From: a virus
Taxonomy: Duplodnaviria > Caudoviricetes
Length of the DNA stretch: 39,852 bases
IMG/VR virus record: IMGVR_UViG_3300029442_000012
Coordinates: 1-39,852 of that record
Strand: one strand, 5' to 3'
Shown: piece after piece, positions 36,314 through 39,852 of the stretch
Numbering within the stretch: position 1 is the stretch's first letter
Layout of the letters: each line of letters opens with the position of its first letter
Made by a program: the position numbers and the translations under genes
The notes under the pieces: generated by a model
The model's database searches: none
The model's input: only the letters and a program-made list of their open reading frames with translations
Told to the model about the DNA's origin: nothing

Positions 36314-36486
36314 CCGACGAACACCGCAAAGCCCAGTTCCGGGCCGCATCTGCCAAACGGCGCGCGGCTCGGAAAGCTGCTGGACTCCCGAGCGAAAGCG
36401 GCGGACAATCAACCAACGCCGAACGCCAACGCCGTTTCCGTGAGCGCCAAAAGTCTACCCAGGCGACGCCCCCCGATTCCGAATGA
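36310..36486 (+). CDS. Small basic putative DNA-binding protein
   Basis: TTG start overlapping the upstream TGA; 'TNAERQRRFRERQK' motif. Confidence 0.6.
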   Translation: MTDEHRKAQFRAASAKRRAARKAAGLPSESGGQSTNAERQRRFRERQKSTQATPPDSE

Positions 36487-37198
36487 CGCTATCAAACACC
36501 GCCCGCTTGTCCTCGAATGATGGGCGGGCGCGTTCTGGGATTTTCCTGGACGACAGAACGGCCCCGACGGCATCGGCGCCCAGTCGGATTGCCCTGATGA
36601 CCTTTAGGCCGGAGAATGCCGTCTCGACGACGGCGTTCCGCGCGCCCTCCGGGGGGATTAGGTCGCAGGGAATGGCGTCGTCGAGACATATCTCCGCCAG
36701 CACATCGCGGATATTATCGCCGCCAGGAAGCCGTTGCAGCACCCCGTCGCACGCGGCCATTTTGTCGTCGCAAGCCCTCCATGCTTCCTCGGTAAGACCC
36801 ATTCCGGCTGGCTTCTGGTCCGGCTTCCACCGCCTGCTTCCGGTCATGGCCGACCAGTTTACCCAGAGCGTGCGGTAATCCTCCAGGTTCGTCTTGCGCT
36901 TTTCCCCGACACCGCCTTTATGGCCGAGCAAATCGCGGAGCCAGAGGGCATAGACGGCCGTCATCCCCATTCCGGTTATGTCCTTGTTCCCGGTCATTCC
37001 AGCTTCAATCTGCTCAACCGTCAGGCCAAAGCGGATCGCCATCTGCCGCTTCAGTTCCTCGTGGACAGTTGGCCCGCGATCAGCAATCTGGACGCGCTCG
37101 GCGACACGGCCATTCGGTTCGCGCAGCACATCCTGCCGCCGCTTCCTGCCTTCTCTCCGCCCGGCCCGCGTCCGCGCCTTGGTCCTGTGCTCGGTCAT
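36455..37198 (-). CDS. Putative late-transcription regulator (Q-like position)
   Basis: Basic 'GRKRR...REPNGR' N-terminus; last early gene before the late leader and terminator. Function inferred from position. Confidence 0.5.
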   Translation of the reverse strand: MTEHRTKARTRAGRREGRKRRQDVLREPNGRVAERVQIADRGPTVHEELKRQMAIRFGLTVEQIEAGMTGNKDITGMGMTAVYALWLRDLLGHKGGVGEKRKTNLEDYRTLWVNWSAMTGSRRWKPDQKPAGMGLTEEAWRACDDKMAACDGVLQRLPGGDNIRDVLAEICLDDAIPCDLIPPEGARNAVVETAFSGLKVIRAIRLGADAVGAVLSSRKIPERARPSFEDKRAVFDSVIRNRGASPG

Positions 37199-37217
37199 TG
37201 TGCCCCCTGGTGTTGGT

Positions 37218-37832
37218 TCAGCCGCAGATGCGCTTTTCGATGGCCGTTATCCGCTGTTCGAGCGGCTTGATCATGCTCAGGATCGCCGCCAGATCGGACT
37301 TCGCGGCTTCGAGTTCTGGATCGCCCTTGATCGGACCGAAAAACTCCTCGCGAGCTTTGGCAACGACGGCCGGCGGCATCTTCAGTTCATCGGCCACGCG
37401 CCGGTCTGACCAACCTGAATCGTACTTTCCGTCCTTGAAGTAACCTCCAGCCAATTCGAACACAGCCTTGCATTCTTTCGCTGTCGGCTCCCTGGCCGCC
37501 GCGATATGTTCCTGCTTAATCGGCGCCTTATTCATGTCCAAAATCTCCAGTTGTTCCGGTCGTGAAAACTTTTTGTATTCCTCTGTTTTTCGTCTCGGTC
37601 TTGCGCAATCTGGGCAGCTCCAGAGACGTGGCTTCGGGGTTTTCCACCCCTTCTGCTCGAAGCTCTGACGAACCCGATCCGGTGGGGCATCGATCTTGTG
37701 ACGCACCTCAGAAACCGCCCCGCATGACGAGCACTGAACCCGCCGGTACTGGACCGGCTGGCAATCGACCATCTTGGTCACGGTTTCGATGCCCATCGCC
37801 TCCGTCAGTATCCGCAGCCTGTCGTCAGCCAT
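37218..37832 (-). CDS. Zn-finger plus HTH-like phage protein
   Basis: CSSC...CPDC; 'GWSDRRVADELKMP..VV...REEFFG'; C-terminal coiled coil. Confidence 0.7.
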   Translation of the reverse strand: MADDRLRILTEAMGIETVTKMVDCQPVQYRRVQCSSCGAVSEVRHKIDAPPDRVRQSFEQKGWKTPKPRLWSCPDCARPRRKTEEYKKFSRPEQLEILDMNKAPIKQEHIAAAREPTAKECKAVFELAGGYFKDGKYDSGWSDRRVADELKMPPAVVAKAREEFFGPIKGDPELEAAKSDLAAILSMIKPLEQRITAIEKRICG

Positions 37833-38037
37833 TCCGCCTCCCAAATCTCCGCTCTGCTATTCCGGCCAATGCCGCGCGCTCGCTCCTGGTCAGCGCCGGG
37901 TCCGTGATCGAGATCGAAACGAATCCCCGCTCGTGCCATGAGCGGCGAGCGATAGGCTCCAGGTCGTTCGCAGCGCTCGGCACCTTGTCCCCAAGGCGAC
38001 ACCGGAGCTGCCTGTCTGCGGCGCGTTGGGCGGTCAT
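37825..38037 (-). CDS. Small hypothetical protein
   Basis: ATGA overlap with the MTase stop; fills the gap. Confidence 0.6.
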   Translation of the reverse strand: MTAQRAADRQLRCRLGDKVPSAANDLEPIARRSWHERGFVSISITDPALTRSERAALAGIAERRFGRRNG

Positions 38038-38657
38038 GCCTCCACCCGCTCGTAATCCCCCGGCCGCTCCAGCGCCTTCCGGCAAGGGGGTATCCAGCGC
38101 ATCCGTGTGTCCGTCTCGCCGTGCTTAAACACGATCCAGCAATAATCCGTCGCCGTGCTGGCCTTCGGATCAACGCGCCCCTTGACCATCGGGACGCGCT
38201 CGGCGAACTGAGCAACAGCAGTGGGAGGCCAACGGCGGAACATCTCGAACCGGCCAACCGTGGCGAGAAACACCGTGCGGACCAGGACGGCAACTCCGAC
38301 TGTCGATTTCTCAAGTCCGCGCTCGATGAACTGTTCTGCCAGTCGGAATGGTGGATTGGTGATCACCCAGTCAGGCCGCAAGGAAACCGGGATCGGCATC
38401 AGGAAATCCAGCACCTCGCCGAAGCCGTAATCGTGGACATCAGATGCCCTGACGCTATCGAAATACTCAGCGAGCGGCCGGGCCATGTCTCCGGTTCCGC
38501 AAGCCGGTTCCCATGTTGATTTTCCAAGCCAATCGGCGGGCGCTAGAATGTGCTCGACGAGAGCCCGCGTCGCCCAGGGCGGCGTCGGGAAGAAATCCAA
38601 GCTATCGTGCGGCTCGGTGCGCTGCGCCATGACGGCGTGAGATCGGTTTTGCGTCAT
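38034..38657 (-). CDS. Phage DNA N6-adenine methyltransferase
   Basis: 'DFFPTPPW', 'WEPACGTG', 'ITNPPF'. Confidence 0.85.
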   Translation of the reverse strand: MTQNRSHAVMAQRTEPHDSLDFFPTPPWATRALVEHILAPADWLGKSTWEPACGTGDMARPLAEYFDSVRASDVHDYGFGEVLDFLMPIPVSLRPDWVITNPPFRLAEQFIERGLEKSTVGVAVLVRTVFLATVGRFEMFRRWPPTAVAQFAERVPMVKGRVDPKASTATDYCWIVFKHGETDTRMRWIPPCRKALERPGDYERVEA

Positions 38658-39004
38658 TTCGTTGCGCTCCAGAACGAATTGATTAGAGCCCTGTCTGGTG
38701 CGTTCTGCGCTTCGGGATGCTCGGACGTAGCATCCACCGCCTGAAACGCACCAGCGGCCGGATTATCCCCCTTGACGCCCGGTCCGCGCGGGTCCGGCGC
38801 ATCCGGCGTCACCGTGCCCTCGATAATCTCCCATGCGCGGATCAAGCGTCGGCATCCGTGACAGGTCGGGGTGTGCCGCAGCAGGATTTCGACGCCGGCC
38901 GGGGAATAGGCGTTGGCACAGGCCCGGCCACAGTCCCAGGACCAGCCGCAGCGTTCGGTGGCGGTGTCGGTCCAGCAGGCTGGTTTGAAAAGTGGAATGT
39001 GCAT
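38654..39004 (-). CDS. Cys-rich hypothetical protein
   Basis: ATG 2 nt after the replication gene stop; ATGA overlap with the MTase. Confidence 0.5.
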   Translation of the reverse strand: MHIPLFKPACWTDTATERCGWSWDCGRACANAYSPAGVEILLRHTPTCHGCRRLIRAWEIIEGTVTPDAPDPRGPGVKGDNPAAGAFQAVDATSEHPEAQNAPDRALINSFWSATK

Positions 39005-39006
39005 GG

Positions 39007-39852
39007 TCAATTCGAAAACTCCGCAAGAATTTCTGGACGTACCCGGCACCCGTAAGACCCTGGCTTTGGACCCCTGATGTCTTCCGGCCAATGTCCTGAT
39101 GACTTCCAAAGTCTAATCCACGTCCTCTGCCTTTCATCGTCACGATCAGACGCAGAAACATAAACTGACGCGCTTGTTGAACTTCCATTTGAACCAGATT
39201 GCTTGTGCTGAGTTATGGCATCAGCAATTGAGTTCTTAAACACCGCCAAGCTATTCGGGGCGGTCTTTCCGGACTTTGACATCCGCTCCATTCCTCGGGC
39301 CATGACTTCGATAATCAGGTCAACAGACCCCCCGGCATCCAGGTGCTGCCGAGCAATCGACTTGATAGTCATGGTTGGGGCCGGCAGCGCACTTTCGTCG
39401 GGCCAAAGCCGGGAACGCTCTTCGAGGAACTTTTTACAGATCGCCTTCGCGCCGTCGCCTTCATCGCCTCCAGCCGAGGGGGCTTTGGGGGTTATCTGGC
39501 TTCTGGCTTCTGGCTTCTGGGGAGAAGCCCCCCTTATAGCACCCCTTGAAGGTATGGAATTTTGTTCTTTAGCATCAACAGCTTGGTGACTTTTCGAAAG
39601 TGCCTCTTTTTTGAATTTTGCCCCCTCTTTTGATCTTTTGTCGTCCCTGATCATTCTCCTGGAGAATATCCGCCCTTTGCGATCCCGAGAAAAAACGCGC
39701 CAACGCTCTAGCTCCTCCAGCAGGCAGGAGACCTCTGTTTCAGACTTCGACACTGTAGTGGCGAGAGTCGCAACATCCAGGTCCACATCTGCAATGGTGA
39801 GATAGCCGCGGCTTTCGCTTCGCGCGCAGATACAAAGCATCCTCATCCACAG
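39007..39852 (-). CDS. Phage replication initiator-like protein (5' end outside window)
   Basis: 'LWMRMLCICARS..RGYL...LLEELE..VFSRDRKG.IFSRRMIRD', a linker with repeats, and C-terminal 'W...GPKPG..GCRV'. Confidence 0.7.
   Translation of the reverse strand: MWMRMLCICARSESRGYLTIADVDLDVATLATTVSKSETEVSCLLEELERWRVFSRDRKGRIFSRRMIRDDKRSKEGAKFKKEALSKSHQAVDAKEQNSIPSRGAIRGASPQKPEARSQITPKAPSAGGDEGDGAKAICKKFLEERSRLWPDESALPAPTMTIKSIARQHLDAGGSVDLIIEVMARGMERMSKSGKTAPNSLAVFKNSIADAITQHKQSGSNGSSTSASVYVSASDRDDERQRTWIRLWKSSGHWPEDIRGPKPGSYGCRVRPEILAEFSN
39495..39520. repeat. 7-bp tandem repeat (TCTGGCT)x3.7 in the replication gene, possible origin element
   Basis: tctggcttctggcttctggcttctgg, next to an A/T-rich stretch (~39555-39640). 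Confidence 0.55.

Overview
This window is most of a temperate siphovirus-type (pro)phage. Its protein families resemble those of alphaproteobacterial phages (inference), and it is read almost entirely on the minus strand. From right to left it holds: a replication-initiator-like gene (5' end cut off by the window edge); an N6-adenine MTase and small early genes; a putative late regulator; a counter-oriented 3-gene mini-operon; a terminator and hairpin-rich late leader; a stand-alone sCache sensor gene and a TM/coiled-coil gene; two ParB-MTase fusions flanking a small PD-(D/E)xK-like ORF; terS and terL; a portal-MuF fusion, protease/scaffold, capsid and neck genes; a ~3.7 kb regulatory island (two paralogous HTH/leader-ORF cassettes and two antirepressor-like genes) with a probable deletion junction; the tail genes (tube, frameshifted chaperone, 2192-aa tape measure, tip, fibre, Gly-rich adhesin); and endolysin and holin. 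No integrase, tRNA, CRISPR array or reverse transcriptase was seen. The best novelty candidates are the output-less Cache sensor at the head of the late operon, the duplicated repressor/leader-peptide expression cassettes, and several candidate RNA switches. All functional calls come from motifs recognised by eye; no searches were run.
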